In this document: in pieces, positions 46,742-56,411 of the stretch
Position numbering within the stretch: position 1 is the first letter of the stretch
How the letters are laid out: the number at the start of each line of letters is the position of its first letter
NCBI GenBank assembly: GCA_965215605.1
Contig: OZ244070.1
Span: 3,520,001-3,584,000, forward strand
DNA length: 64,000 nucleotides
Direction of reading: 5' to 3'
From: an uncultured Candidatus Binatia bacterium
GTDB lineage: Bacteria; Desulfobacterota; Binatia; UBA9968; JAJDTQ01
Position numbers and translations under genes: made by a program
The notes under the pieces: model-generated
The model's database searches: none
Told to the model about the DNA's origin: nothing
The model's input: the letters and a program-made list of their open reading frames with translations, nothing else

Positions 46742-47881
46742 TCAGATATCCGGCAAGCCTGGCCTCGCGCGATTCGCCGGAGCCACGGCCGGCGCCGCCG
46801 TGAACGATGACGCGTTCCCGAGCTCGCCGCCGTGGCCGGCGGTGATGTGTCCGAGATGGTAGCGGGGTCCGTCGACCGTGTATCCGTGGAGCACCGGGTC
46901 CTCGGCCAGCAGCATGGGGGTGTCGAGGTCGATCCACTGGAAGGCGCCGGTGCCCGCCGCCAAGTGCGCGCTGAACCCCATGGCCAGCCGTGTCTCCACC
47001 ATGCCGCCGATCATGAGTCCGAGGCCGGAGGCCCGGGCGATGGCGATGATCTCCAGGGCCTGGGCCACGCCGCACTTGGCCAGCTTGACGTTGATGACGT
47101 GGGCCAGATGATCCCGGGCGATGCGCCCGGCGTCCTCGGAGGAGCGGCAGGATTCGTCGGCGGCCACGGGGACGCCCGCTTCGCGCACCAGCCGGGCCTG
47201 GCCGTCCCAGTCCTCCCGCGGTACCGGCTGTTCCAGGAGGGCCGGTTCCAGACCCTTGCGGCGCAGGCTCCTCAAGACCGCGAGGGTCTGCGCCACGTCA
47301 TAGCCCTCGTTGCCGTCCAGGATGAGGTCGCTCGTGGGATGGCCCTCACGGATGGCCTTGACGCGCTCGATATCGGCGTCAACGTCGACGCCGACCTTGG
47401 TCTTGAGGGTCGTGAAACCGAGCCCTCGGTACTCGGCCGCAAGCCGGCGGGCCTCTTCGGGTTCGCAGATGGGAATGGTGATGTCGGTGACGATGCGGTC
47501 GTGGGCGCCGCCGAAGAAGGCGTAGAGCGGAATATCCCAGTCGCGCGCCAGGGCGTCGAAAAGGGCCATCTCCAGGCCGGCTCGTACCGTCGGCGCTTCC
47601 GGGAGGGCGCCGGAAAGAGCTTCCACCAGCGGACGCCGGCGCAGGGCGTCGCGGCCGGTCCATTCCCGAGCCGCCCGCCGGACCGCTTCCAGCGCCGCCG
47701 GCTGGTCTTCCGGGGTGACCGTGGGCAGGATGGGAATCTCGCCCCAGCCGCTTGCGCCCCCGGCGAGGTCGAGCCGGACGGCGACGTTGCCGACCCTGTC
47801 CAGCCGCGCCCCGGCAATGGTGAACGGAGCCTTGAGTGACGCGTTCAGGACGCGCGCTTCGATGCGGGTGATCTGCTTCAA
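46742..47881 (-). CDS. L-Ala-D/L-Glu dipeptide epimerase (enolase superfamily)
   Basis: KTKVG, LDGNEGY, EQP, ADES, NVKLAK and DLDTP. Confidence 0.88.
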   Translation of the reverse strand: MKQITRIEARVLNASLKAPFTIAGARLDRVGNVAVRLDLAGGASGWGEIPILPTVTPEDQPAALEAVRRAAREWTGRDALRRRPLVEALSGALPEAPTVRAGLEMALFDALARDWDIPLYAFFGGAHDRIVTDITIPICEPEEARRLAAEYRGLGFTTLKTKVGVDVDADIERVKAIREGHPTSDLILDGNEGYDVAQTLAVLRSLRRKGLEPALLEQPVPREDWDGQARLVREAGVPVAADESCRSSEDAGRIARDHLAHVINVKLAKCGVAQALEIIAIARASGLGLMIGGMVETRLAMGFSAHLAAGTGAFQWIDLDTPMLLAEDPVLHGYTVDGPRYHLGHITAGHGGELGNASSFTAAPAVAPANRARPGLPDI

Positions 47882-48044
47882 GGGTGCTTCCGAAAGGGCG
47901 CCGGCGATGCCATGCCCGACAGGAACCTATCGCAAATTCCCGCCGGGGACCAGGGCGCTGTCGTCGCTTCATCCGGCTCGATCTGTTACGTTTCCGGCAA
48001 AGCGATTCAGCCGCTCGCGGCAGGGTCCTGAAGGAGGGTCGGAC

Positions 48045-48842
48045 ATGATTTCGGAAGTGGAGTTCGCTCCGGGCAAGAAGGGCTATCTGGCGAGAGCCCC
48101 TGAAGACGGCCGCTATCCCGCGGTGGTCCAGCTTCACGAGCGTTACGGCATAGTGGAGCACACGACGGACATTGCCGAGCGGTTGGCCGCGAACGGGTAC
48201 GTGACCCTGGCTCCCGACATGTTTTCGCGGTTCACCGGGGATCGGGAGGCGCTGGCCAGCGGAGACATCGGCGTGGGCATCCGCGACGATGAGGCGTTGG
48301 TGGATCTGGACGAGTGCATCGCCTATCTGCGAAGCCTGGACTGCGTGGACGGCGACCGCATCGCGGTGATGGGAGTATGCCAGACCGGGCGGCAGCCGCT
48401 GCTGGCCGCAGCCAGCCGCGGCGACCTTCGTTGCGCGGTGGTGTTCTACGGCGGGATCTACCAGCGTGACTGGGAGCCGCACGAGGAGCGCCCGACGCCG
48501 GTAGGCGAGTTCATCCAGCGGTTGTCGTGTCCGGTGCTGGGGGTGTTCGGCGACAGCGACCATATCATCTCGGTGGATGATGTGCTGCGGTTCAGGCGGG
48601 CGCTGGAGGAATCCTGGAAGAGCTATTCCATCCGTATCTTCAAGGATGCGCCCCACGGCTGGCTCAATGACACCATGCCTGGGCGGTACCGTCCGGAATC
48701 GGCCGAAGCGGCGTGGACGGTCTTGTTCCGTTTCCTGGAGCAACACCTGAGCCCGGATCGGGCCGGTACCCGCGTGGCGTGGGAGTTCGAGGGCGATGTC
48801 CCCGCGGACTACGATTTCTCGAAGACCGTGCGTCTTGCATGA
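48045..48842 (+). CDS. Dienelactone hydrolase family protein
   Basis: HERYG, LAPDMF, GVCQTG (Cys nucleophile), VFYG and APHGW. Confidence 0.88.
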   Translation: MISEVEFAPGKKGYLARAPEDGRYPAVVQLHERYGIVEHTTDIAERLAANGYVTLAPDMFSRFTGDREALASGDIGVGIRDDEALVDLDECIAYLRSLDCVDGDRIAVMGVCQTGRQPLLAAASRGDLRCAVVFYGGIYQRDWEPHEERPTPVGEFIQRLSCPVLGVFGDSDHIISVDDVLRFRRALEESWKSYSIRIFKDAPHGWLNDTMPGRYRPESAEAAWTVLFRFLEQHLSPDRAGTRVAWEFEGDVPADYDFSKTVRLA

Positions 48843-48884
48843 TCCGCGCCGGCAGTTTGGATTCCTGAGGATGATCGGGTTAGA

Positions 48885-49544
48885 TTGGTGGGTCTCATGT
48901 CCTGTCTCACACATGCTTTCGTGAAGACGCGCAGGATCTCCTGTCGTCGGCAAGGCGGCTCCGGCTCCACGTGGCTCGGCGCGGCCGCGCTGTTCATTGG
49001 CTGCTTCGCGGGGATGGTCTCGGCCGGGGAAGGCCCCGGAGGGAGAGTCGACGAGGTGTTGCGGCAAAGCGTCGCGATCCTCGGCGACACGAGTCTGAAG
49101 GAAGATGAGCAGGTGGAACGTCTTCGCGCCGTCGTCCTGCCGGTCTTCGACTTCCCCGAGATGGCCCGCCGTTCGCTGGGCTCCCACTGGCGTCGGCGCA
49201 GTCCGGAGCACCGGGAGGAATTCACTCGCCTGTTCACCCGGCTGCTGGAACGGACCTACACGAGCCGTATTTCCGCCTACAACGGGCAGCGGACGAAGGT
49301 GGTGGGGGAGGAGATCGATGACCGTTTCGCCCGGGTCAAGACCGAAATCACGGACCGGGACGACCGCCGGTTCAAGGTGGACTACCGCATGCGCCGCGGG
49401 GGAGAACCCGCCGAATGGCGCATCTACGACGTCGTCATCGAGGACATCAGCCTGGTCAACAACTATCGCGCCCAGTTCAACCGGGTCATCAACCGGAGAT
49501 CCTTCGAGGATTTGCTGGAAAGGCTGCGGGCGCAAGCGGGCTGA
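48885..49544 (+). CDS. mlaC: MlaC/Ttg2D family phospholipid-binding protein
   Basis: FDFPEMARRSLGSHW, VDYRM and WRIYDVVIEDISLVNNYRAQF. The start is uncertain. Confidence 0.85.
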   Translation: MVGLMSCLTHAFVKTRRISCRRQGGSGSTWLGAAALFIGCFAGMVSAGEGPGGRVDEVLRQSVAILGDTSLKEDEQVERLRAVVLPVFDFPEMARRSLGSHWRRRSPEHREEFTRLFTRLLERTYTSRISAYNGQRTKVVGEEIDDRFARVKTEITDRDDRRFKVDYRMRRGGEPAEWRIYDVVIEDISLVNNYRAQFNRVINRRSFEDLLERLRAQAG

Positions 49545-49591
49545 CGCGGCTTGCGCGCGGACACCAGCCCGGAGAATCATGCTGAGGGTCC

Positions 49592-50311
49592 ATGCCGGAT
49601 AAGGCCGTTCCCAGAAAGGCGTCCACCATCGTCCTGGCACGGGAGGCTGGAGACGGCGCATTCGAGATCTTCATGACGCGCCGGCCCCGGGAGATGCGTT
49701 TCCTGGGAGGCTTTTTCGTCTTCCCCGGCGGAAGCGTCAAGCGCGCGGACGCCTCTCCGGCCATGCTGGAGCGCTGCCGCGGTCTTTCTCCCGACGAGGC
49801 CAGGAGCCGGCTGGGGGACGACTTGAGCGCCGAGGATGCAATGGCGCATTGGGTGGCGGGCATCCGGGAACTGTACGAAGAAGTGGGAGTGCTCCTGTGC
49901 GTGAGCCAGGACAACGGCGCGGCGGTGGAACCCGATGCGCGGGACCGGGTGGCCGCCAGGCGGACCGCCCTGCTGAGCGGCGAGGTGGGCTTTGCCGAGT
50001 TGCTGGCGTCGGAGGGGCTTTGCTGTGACGTCGGCAGCCCCGTCTACTTCTACCACCGCACCACCCCGGAGCGGTATGCCATGCGGTTCGATACGCGGTT
50101 TTTCCTGGCTTCCCTCCCGGAGGGCCAGGTGCCGTTGGACGTGTCCGAGGAGGTGACGGAAAGCCTCTGGATCACCCCGGAGGAGGCGCTCCTGCGGGCC
50201 GAGCGGGGGCGCATGGCCGTCATACCGCCGACGTTGGCGACCCTGCGGACCTTGGGCGAGCTTGGCACCTGGGAAGCGCTGTGCCGCGAGTTCACCCTGC
50301 GCACGCCCTAG
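49592..50311 (+). CDS. NUDIX hydrolase
   Basis: VFPGGSV...GIRELYEEVG and RFDTRFF. Confidence 0.85.
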   Translation: MPDKAVPRKASTIVLAREAGDGAFEIFMTRRPREMRFLGGFFVFPGGSVKRADASPAMLERCRGLSPDEARSRLGDDLSAEDAMAHWVAGIRELYEEVGVLLCVSQDNGAAVEPDARDRVAARRTALLSGEVGFAELLASEGLCCDVGSPVYFYHRTTPERYAMRFDTRFFLASLPEGQVPLDVSEEVTESLWITPEEALLRAERGRMAVIPPTLATLRTLGELGTWEALCREFTLRTP

Positions 50312-50397
50312 GAGTCTGTCCGAAGTCTTCGTTCGAGCAAGAGTTTGAAACCGCCGGATCCGATTCCCGGACGCGGCGGGAGGGAGCAGTCGATACC

Positions 50398-52044
50398 ATG
50401 AGAACGGTGGATGTGATCGCCCATATCCTGAGGCGCGAAGGAGTTGACTATTTGAGCGCGTTTCCGACCTCGACCCTGATCGAGGCGGCGGCAGAGAGCG
50501 ACATCCGCCCCGTCATCTGCCGTCAGGAGCGGGTGGGCGTGGGCATCGCCGACGGTTACAGCAGGGTCAACAACGGCCGGCCTCCGGGTGTGTTCGCCAT
50601 GCAGTTCGGCCCCGGCGCGGAGAACGCGTATGCCGGGGTGGCCACGGCATACTCCGACGCCGTCCCGGTGTTGCTGCTGCCTCTGGGGCATACGCGGGAG
50701 CGTGAAGGCGTGTTCCCCCAGTTCAGCTCGTTGAAGAACTACGCTCCCATCACCAAGTTCGTGGAGCAGGTTACCACGGCCGACCGGGTCGTCGACACCA
50801 TGAGGCGCGCCTTCGCCAGGCTCAAGATGGGGCGGCCGGGTCCGGTGATGGTGGAGATACCGGCGGACGTGGCCGGCGAGCAGCTCGACCCCGCCGTGCT
50901 TGACGCCTATCGCCCGGTGAAGGCCACGCTCTCGGAGGCCGATCCGCGGGACGTCATGGCCGCGGCCAAGGCATTGCTCGAGGCCCGGGACCCGGTGATT
51001 CATGCCGGCCAAGGGGTGCTCTACGCCGAGGCGGCGCCCGAGCTGTTGGAGCTGGCGGAGCTCACCGGCATCCCCGTCATGACCACCATGGGCGGCAAGA
51101 GCGCTTTCCCGGAGACACACCCGCTCTCGCTGGGAAGTGCCTCGGGCGTCATGAACCGGCCGGTGTACCACTTCCTCAAGAAGGCGGACCTGGTCTTCGG
51201 CGTGGGAACGAGTCTCACCCGCCACCCCATGACCACGCCCATGCCGGCGGGGAAGACGTTCATACAGGCGACGGACGATCCCATCGACATCGGCAAGAAT
51301 TACCACGTCGACCATCCCATCATCGGCGACGCCAAGCTTGTGCTGAGGCAGTTCGTGGAGGCGGTCGGGGAGCTGCTGGACGGCGGCTCCCGGACCGAGG
51401 GGTCTGCCGCGGCGGAGATCGCCGAAATGAGAGAGGGCTGGCTTCAGGAGTGGAAGCCGAAGCTGACTTCCGGCGAGGTGCCCATCAATCCCTACCGGGT
51501 CATTCGGGAGTTCATGAACGCCGTGGACCCTGCCGAGGCCATCGTCACCCACGATTCCGGCAGCCCGCGGGACCAGCTCATGCCGTTCTATCGGTCCGCC
51601 GGGCCGCGGTCCTACCTGGGATGGGGCAAATCCCACGGTCTGGGCACCGGCCTGGGGTTGAACCTGGGGGCCAAGCTGGCGGCGCCCGAGAAGTTCGTGG
51701 TCAACTTCATGGGAGACGCGGCGTTCGGCATGACCGGCCTGGACTTCGAGACCGCAGTGCGCTCGAATCTGCCCATCCTGACCATCGTGCTCAACAATTC
51801 CACCATGGCGGTGGAGACCCGCCACATGGCGCTGTCGCACGAGCGTTACGGCAGCAGGGACCTCGGCGGCAACTACGCCGACATGGCCCGGGCCATGGGC
51901 GGCTGGGCGGAGCGGGTGGAGGACCCCGCCGCCGTGGGCGCCGCCATCGTCCGGGCGCGGCGGGCGACGGAGGAGGGGCAGGCGGCCTTGCTGGAGTTCA
52001 TCACCGGTCCGGAGATCGAGTACTCCCACAAGGGTGCGTTTTAA
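50398..52044 (+). CDS. Thiamine pyrophosphate-requiring enzyme (acetolactate synthase superfamily)
   Basis: RQER, GPGAEN, GPVMVEIP and the GDAAFGM...NN TPP motif. Confidence 0.9.
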   Translation: MRTVDVIAHILRREGVDYLSAFPTSTLIEAAAESDIRPVICRQERVGVGIADGYSRVNNGRPPGVFAMQFGPGAENAYAGVATAYSDAVPVLLLPLGHTREREGVFPQFSSLKNYAPITKFVEQVTTADRVVDTMRRAFARLKMGRPGPVMVEIPADVAGEQLDPAVLDAYRPVKATLSEADPRDVMAAAKALLEARDPVIHAGQGVLYAEAAPELLELAELTGIPVMTTMGGKSAFPETHPLSLGSASGVMNRPVYHFLKKADLVFGVGTSLTRHPMTTPMPAGKTFIQATDDPIDIGKNYHVDHPIIGDAKLVLRQFVEAVGELLDGGSRTEGSAAAEIAEMREGWLQEWKPKLTSGEVPINPYRVIREFMNAVDPAEAIVTHDSGSPRDQLMPFYRSAGPRSYLGWGKSHGLGTGLGLNLGAKLAAPEKFVVNFMGDAAFGMTGLDFETAVRSNLPILTIVLNNSTMAVETRHMALSHERYGSRDLGGNYADMARAMGGWAERVEDPAAVGAAIVRARRATEEGQAALLEFITGPEIEYSHKGAF

Positions 52045-52110
52045 CGGTTTGCATCAAAGCCGGCGGGTCATGCGCGGATGCATGGAACGCCCGGACGTGA
52101 AGAGGATTCC

Positions 52111-54816
52111 ATGCGAAAATCCATCGGCCTGATCCTGCTCGGCGCGTTCCTGCTGTTCTCGCTCTTCGGCGAGGCCATCTATCTCTACACGGACTATCTC
52201 TGGTTCGGTGAGATCGGCTATTCCGGCGTGTTCACCAAGACCCTCTGGATCAAGATCCTGCTGGGCGTGACTTCGGGCGTGCTGTTCTTTGCGCTGGTCT
52301 ACGTCAACATCAAGCTCGCGGCGCGCATTCGCGAAGGCGTGATACCGCTCAAGAGCACGAACCCCGAGGTGCCCGGGCCGGAGGAGTTGGATCCCCTGAT
52401 CAGGCGGCTGCTGCTGCCGGTGGCTCTGGTGCTGGGGTTTCTGGCCGCGCCGCAGGCGGCGATGCACTGGGAGTCGGCGCTGCTGTACTTCAACGGCGCT
52501 CCCTTCGGCATCCAGGATCCGCTCCTGGGCAAGGACATCGGCTTCTATATCTTCCGGCTTCCGGCGCTCGACGCCATCTATCGGTGGTTCCTGGTATCCC
52601 TCGGGCTCGTGCTGGTGGCCACGGCTTTCATCTACCTGTTGTACGGCGGGATCCAGTACGGGGAAGACGGACTGTCCGTCCACGCGGCAGCCAAGGTCCA
52701 CCTGTCGATACTGCTGGCGTTGTTGTTGCTGGTCCAGAGCGGCGGTTACCTGCTGGACGCCTACAAGCTCCTCTACTCGCACAACGGGGTGGTGTTCGGC
52801 GCCGGTTACACCGACATACACGCCAGGCTTCCGGCGCTCCGGGTGCTGGCGGTAGTGGCCCTGTTGGCGGCCGGGGTTTGTCTGTTTCATATGCGCCGGC
52901 CCGGTCTCCGGTACGTGGTCATCGGAATCGGGGCGCTGGCCGTGGTCCACGGCATCGGCATGTACGCGTATCCGTCCTTCCTGCAGCAGTTTCACGTGGT
53001 CCCCAACGAGCTGGTGGCCGAGACGCCCTACATCGAGCGCAACATCCGCTCCACGCGCCACGCCTACGGCCTGGACCGGGTGGAGGCACAGGAGTTTCCG
53101 GTCAACGAGGTGTTGACGGCGGAGGACCTTCAGAAGAATGACGCCACGGTCAAGAACATCCGGCTGTGGAACTACATGCCGCTGTTGTCCACGTACGCCC
53201 AGCTACAGCAGATCCGCACCTACTACGAGTTCGTGGACGTGGACAATGATCGCTACGAGATCGACGGCAACTACCGCCAAGTGATGCTCTCGGCCCGTGA
53301 GCTGTCCCACGAGCAGTTGCCGAGCCGCATCTGGATCAACGAGCACCTGGTGTACACCCACGGCTACGGGGTGGTGTTCAGCCCCGTGAACCAGATCAGC
53401 AAGGAAGGGCTGCCCGCGTTCTTCGTCAAGGACATCCCGCCGGTGTCCGAGGGTTTCATCAAGGTGACCCGGCCGGAGATCTACTTCGGTGAGGTGGCCA
53501 ACGACTACGTGTTCGTCAAGACGAAGGCGCAGGAGCTGGACTACCCGGCCGGCGACCGGAACATCTACACCACCTACGATGGCGCGGGTGGCGTGCCGTT
53601 GCGGTCGTTCTGGCGCAAGCTCTTGTATTCGGCCCGTTTCGCGACCCTGCGGATCTCCCTGTCCAACGACATTACGCCGGAAAGCCGGATTCTCTACTAC
53701 CGCAAGATACAGGACCGGGTGCAGAAACTGGCGCCGTTCCTGACCTTCGATGAAGATCCGTACCTGGTGGTCACTCCGGAGGGCCGGCTGTTCTGGATCA
53801 TCGACGGCTACACCACGTCGGACCGCTACCCGTATTCCGAGCCCAGGGAGGGAGTCGGCAACTACATCCGCAACTCGGTGAAGACCGTGGTGGACGCCTA
53901 CAACGGCACCGTGGAATTCTACATCGCCGATGGCGACGATCCGGTGGTGCAGGCCTATTCCAACGGCTTCCCGGGCCTGTTCAAGCCCATGGAGGCCATG
54001 CCGGAGGCGTTGCTCGCCCACGTGCGCTATCCCCAGGATCTGTTCAAGGTGCAGGCGCGGATGTATGCCACCTACCACATGCGGGATCCGCAGGTCTTCT
54101 ACAACAAGGAGGACCTGCTGAGCATTCCCAATCGCAAGGTGGACGATGAAGAACGGGAGATGGAGCCCTACTACACCATCATGCGCCTGCCCGGAGAGGA
54201 CAAGGAGGAGTTCGTCCTGCTCCTGCCCTTCACCCCCAACAACCGCGACAACATGCGGGCATGGCTCGCCGCCCGGAGCGACGGGTCCCATTACGGCAAG
54301 CTGCTGGCGCTCAATTTCCCCAAGGCCAAGCTCGTCTACGGCCCCAAGCAGGTCGACGCCCGCATCGACCAGGATGCGTTCATCTCGCAGCAGTTGAGCC
54401 TCTGGGGCCAGCGCGGTTCGGAGGTGATCCGCGGCAGCCTGCTGGCGATTCCCATCCAGGAATCGCTGCTCTACGTGCAGTCGCTGTATCTGGCGGCGGA
54501 GCAGGGCTCCCTCCCGGAGCTCAAGCGGGTGGTCGCGGTGTTCGGCAACCGCATCGCCATGAGGGAGAACCTCGAGGATGCGCTGAACGAGCTGTTCGGC
54601 GACTCCGCCGAGGGTCCCGCGACGGCCTCGCCGTCGGTGCGGATGGCGGCCGGGACGGAAACCGCCGGAGGAACCCCGGCGGCCCGGGCCATGGAGTATT
54701 ACCAACGCTCCATGGAACGCCTCCAGGCCGGCGACTGGGCCGGCTTCGGCGACGCGCTGCGCCAACTCGAGCAGTCCCTCCAGGCCCTGCAGGCGCCGGC
54801 TACACCGGCCCAGTAA
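52111..54816 (+). CDS. UPF0182 family membrane protein
   Basis: DYLWFGEIGY, GAGYTD, NIRLW, DVDNDRY and YTHGYG. Confidence 0.9.
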   Translation: MRKSIGLILLGAFLLFSLFGEAIYLYTDYLWFGEIGYSGVFTKTLWIKILLGVTSGVLFFALVYVNIKLAARIREGVIPLKSTNPEVPGPEELDPLIRRLLLPVALVLGFLAAPQAAMHWESALLYFNGAPFGIQDPLLGKDIGFYIFRLPALDAIYRWFLVSLGLVLVATAFIYLLYGGIQYGEDGLSVHAAAKVHLSILLALLLLVQSGGYLLDAYKLLYSHNGVVFGAGYTDIHARLPALRVLAVVALLAAGVCLFHMRRPGLRYVVIGIGALAVVHGIGMYAYPSFLQQFHVVPNELVAETPYIERNIRSTRHAYGLDRVEAQEFPVNEVLTAEDLQKNDATVKNIRLWNYMPLLSTYAQLQQIRTYYEFVDVDNDRYEIDGNYRQVMLSARELSHEQLPSRIWINEHLVYTHGYGVVFSPVNQISKEGLPAFFVKDIPPVSEGFIKVTRPEIYFGEVANDYVFVKTKAQELDYPAGDRNIYTTYDGAGGVPLRSFWRKLLYSARFATLRISLSNDITPESRILYYRKIQDRVQKLAPFLTFDEDPYLVVTPEGRLFWIIDGYTTSDRYPYSEPREGVGNYIRNSVKTVVDAYNGTVEFYIADGDDPVVQAYSNGFPGLFKPMEAMPEALLAHVRYPQDLFKVQARMYATYHMRDPQVFYNKEDLLSIPNRKVDDEEREMEPYYTIMRLPGEDKEEFVLLLPFTPNNRDNMRAWLAARSDGSHYGKLLALNFPKAKLVYGPKQVDARIDQDAFISQQLSLWGQRGSEVIRGSLLAIPIQESLLYVQSLYLAAEQGSLPELKRVVAVFGNRIAMRENLEDALNELFGDSAEGPATASPSVRMAAGTETAGGTPAARAMEYYQRSMERLQAGDWAGFGDALRQLEQSLQALQAPATPAQ

Positions 54817-54957
54817 CCTGCCGGCCACGACTGTGAGGGGGGTTCCGCCGGTCGCCGCAGGGCGCCTTGCGACAAGGGGAGCATCGCCCCGCGGCGATTG
54901 CGGCGGGCGATGCGCGAGACGGCGAGAAGGGCCCGGGACGGAAACGCGAGTGGACAC

Positions 54958-55794
54958 ATGAGAAGCATGACCGGTTTCGGCCAAGCCATCCTCCAGGACA
55001 GGCAGGTCAAGGTTTCCGTACAGATCCGCAGTGTGAATCACCGGCACGCGGACATTCACCTGCGGGTGCCGAAGCTCTATCTGGGCCTCGAGGACGAGTT
55101 GCGCGAGCAGGCACGGGGGAAGATCCACCGCGGCCGCGCGGATGTCTATATCGACCGGACGCCGCTCAAGGGGCGGGGCTACCGGCTGGAGGTGGACGAC
55201 GCCCTCATGGAGCAGTACTGTGAAGCCTTGCAGCGCATCAAGAAGCGGTTTCGGCTTCAGGGCGACATCGACCTTCAATTGGTGCCGCGGCTGCCCGATC
55301 TCTTCCAGTTCAAGGAGCCGGAGCGTGTGGAAGGAAGCGAGAAGCGTTTGGTGCTGCGGGCGTTCGACACGGCCCTGAAGAGCCTGACGCGATCCCGGGA
55401 CCGGGAGGGGCGCAACCTCAAGCGTGACATGGGGGCCGAGGCCCGCCAGTTGGACCGGGTGGCCCGGAGCCTGGGGCGGCGCGCCGTGGCCATCGATCAG
55501 CGGCTGCAGGAACAGGGCGCGGCGGCCAATCCCGCGGGCGAGGCGGGGAGCGGGACCTTCAAGGGCAGCATCAACGAGGAGGTGGTGAGGTTGAGGAGCC
55601 ACGTGGAGATGCTCTCCGGCCTGATGCGGGAGCGGGAGCCGGTGGGCAAGAAGATCGACTTCCTGCTCCAGGAAGTTCAGCGGGAGCTCACCACCATCGG
55701 CGCCAAGGCGCCGCAACTGGAGGTGGTCCGCCTGGTGCTCGTGGGCAAGGAAGGCGTGGAGAAGATCCGGGAACAGGTCCAGAACGTGGAATGA
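54958..55794 (+). CDS. yicC: YicC/YloC family endoribonuclease
   Basis: MRSMTGFG, RSVNHR, GKKIDFLLQEVQRE and IREQVQNVE. Confidence 0.92.
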   Translation: MRSMTGFGQAILQDRQVKVSVQIRSVNHRHADIHLRVPKLYLGLEDELREQARGKIHRGRADVYIDRTPLKGRGYRLEVDDALMEQYCEALQRIKKRFRLQGDIDLQLVPRLPDLFQFKEPERVEGSEKRLVLRAFDTALKSLTRSRDREGRNLKRDMGAEARQLDRVARSLGRRAVAIDQRLQEQGAAANPAGEAGSGTFKGSINEEVVRLRSHVEMLSGLMREREPVGKKIDFLLQEVQRELTTIGAKAPQLEVVRLVLVGKEGVEKIREQVQNVE

Positions 55795-56411
55795 CGGTCT
55801 CGATTCGAAGCTTTACCAAACGCGGCCCCGGGCTCGTGTTCATCGTATCGGCGCCGTCCGGGGCGGGCAAGACGACGTTGACGCGGAAGGTCCTGAGCCT
55901 CTATCCGGAGATGAGCCTGTCCGTGTCCTGCACGACGCGTCTGCCGCGGCATGGAGAGACTCCCGGCAAGGACTACGAGTTCGTGTCGGAGGCGGTGTTC
56001 AGACGAATGCTCGCCGCGGGAGATTTCGCCGAATGGGCGGAGGTTCACGGGAAGCTGTACGGCACCCCCCGGCGGCCGCTTGAACGCCAGCTCCGACGCG
56101 GCCGGGACGTGCTGCTGGACATCGACGTTCAGGGGGCGCGTCAGATCAAGGAGCATGTCCGCGACGCCGTGGCCATATTCGTGCTGCCGCCGTCTCTCGA
56201 CGAGTTGCGCCGGCGCCTGGCGGCCCGGGGGACGGACGCGCGCAAGACGATCGAGCAGCGCTGGCGCAACGCCAAACATGAAATTGAGGAAATTCAGGGA
56301 TATGATTACTTTATCGTCAACCGTGACGTGAAGGATGCGGTCAAGCGGCTCGCCGCAATCATCGCGGCTGAAAGGCTCAAGGTGTGCAGGTACATTCCGA
56401 AACAGAAGTAA
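55791..56411 (+). CDS. gmk: Guanylate kinase
   Basis: SAPSGAGKTT, TTRLPR, YGTP and LDIDVQG. Confidence 0.96.
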   Translation: MTVSIRSFTKRGPGLVFIVSAPSGAGKTTLTRKVLSLYPEMSLSVSCTTRLPRHGETPGKDYEFVSEAVFRRMLAAGDFAEWAEVHGKLYGTPRRPLERQLRRGRDVLLDIDVQGARQIKEHVRDAVAIFVLPPSLDELRRRLAARGTDARKTIEQRWRNAKHEIEEIQGYDYFIVNRDVKDAVKRLAAIIAAERLKVCRYIPKQK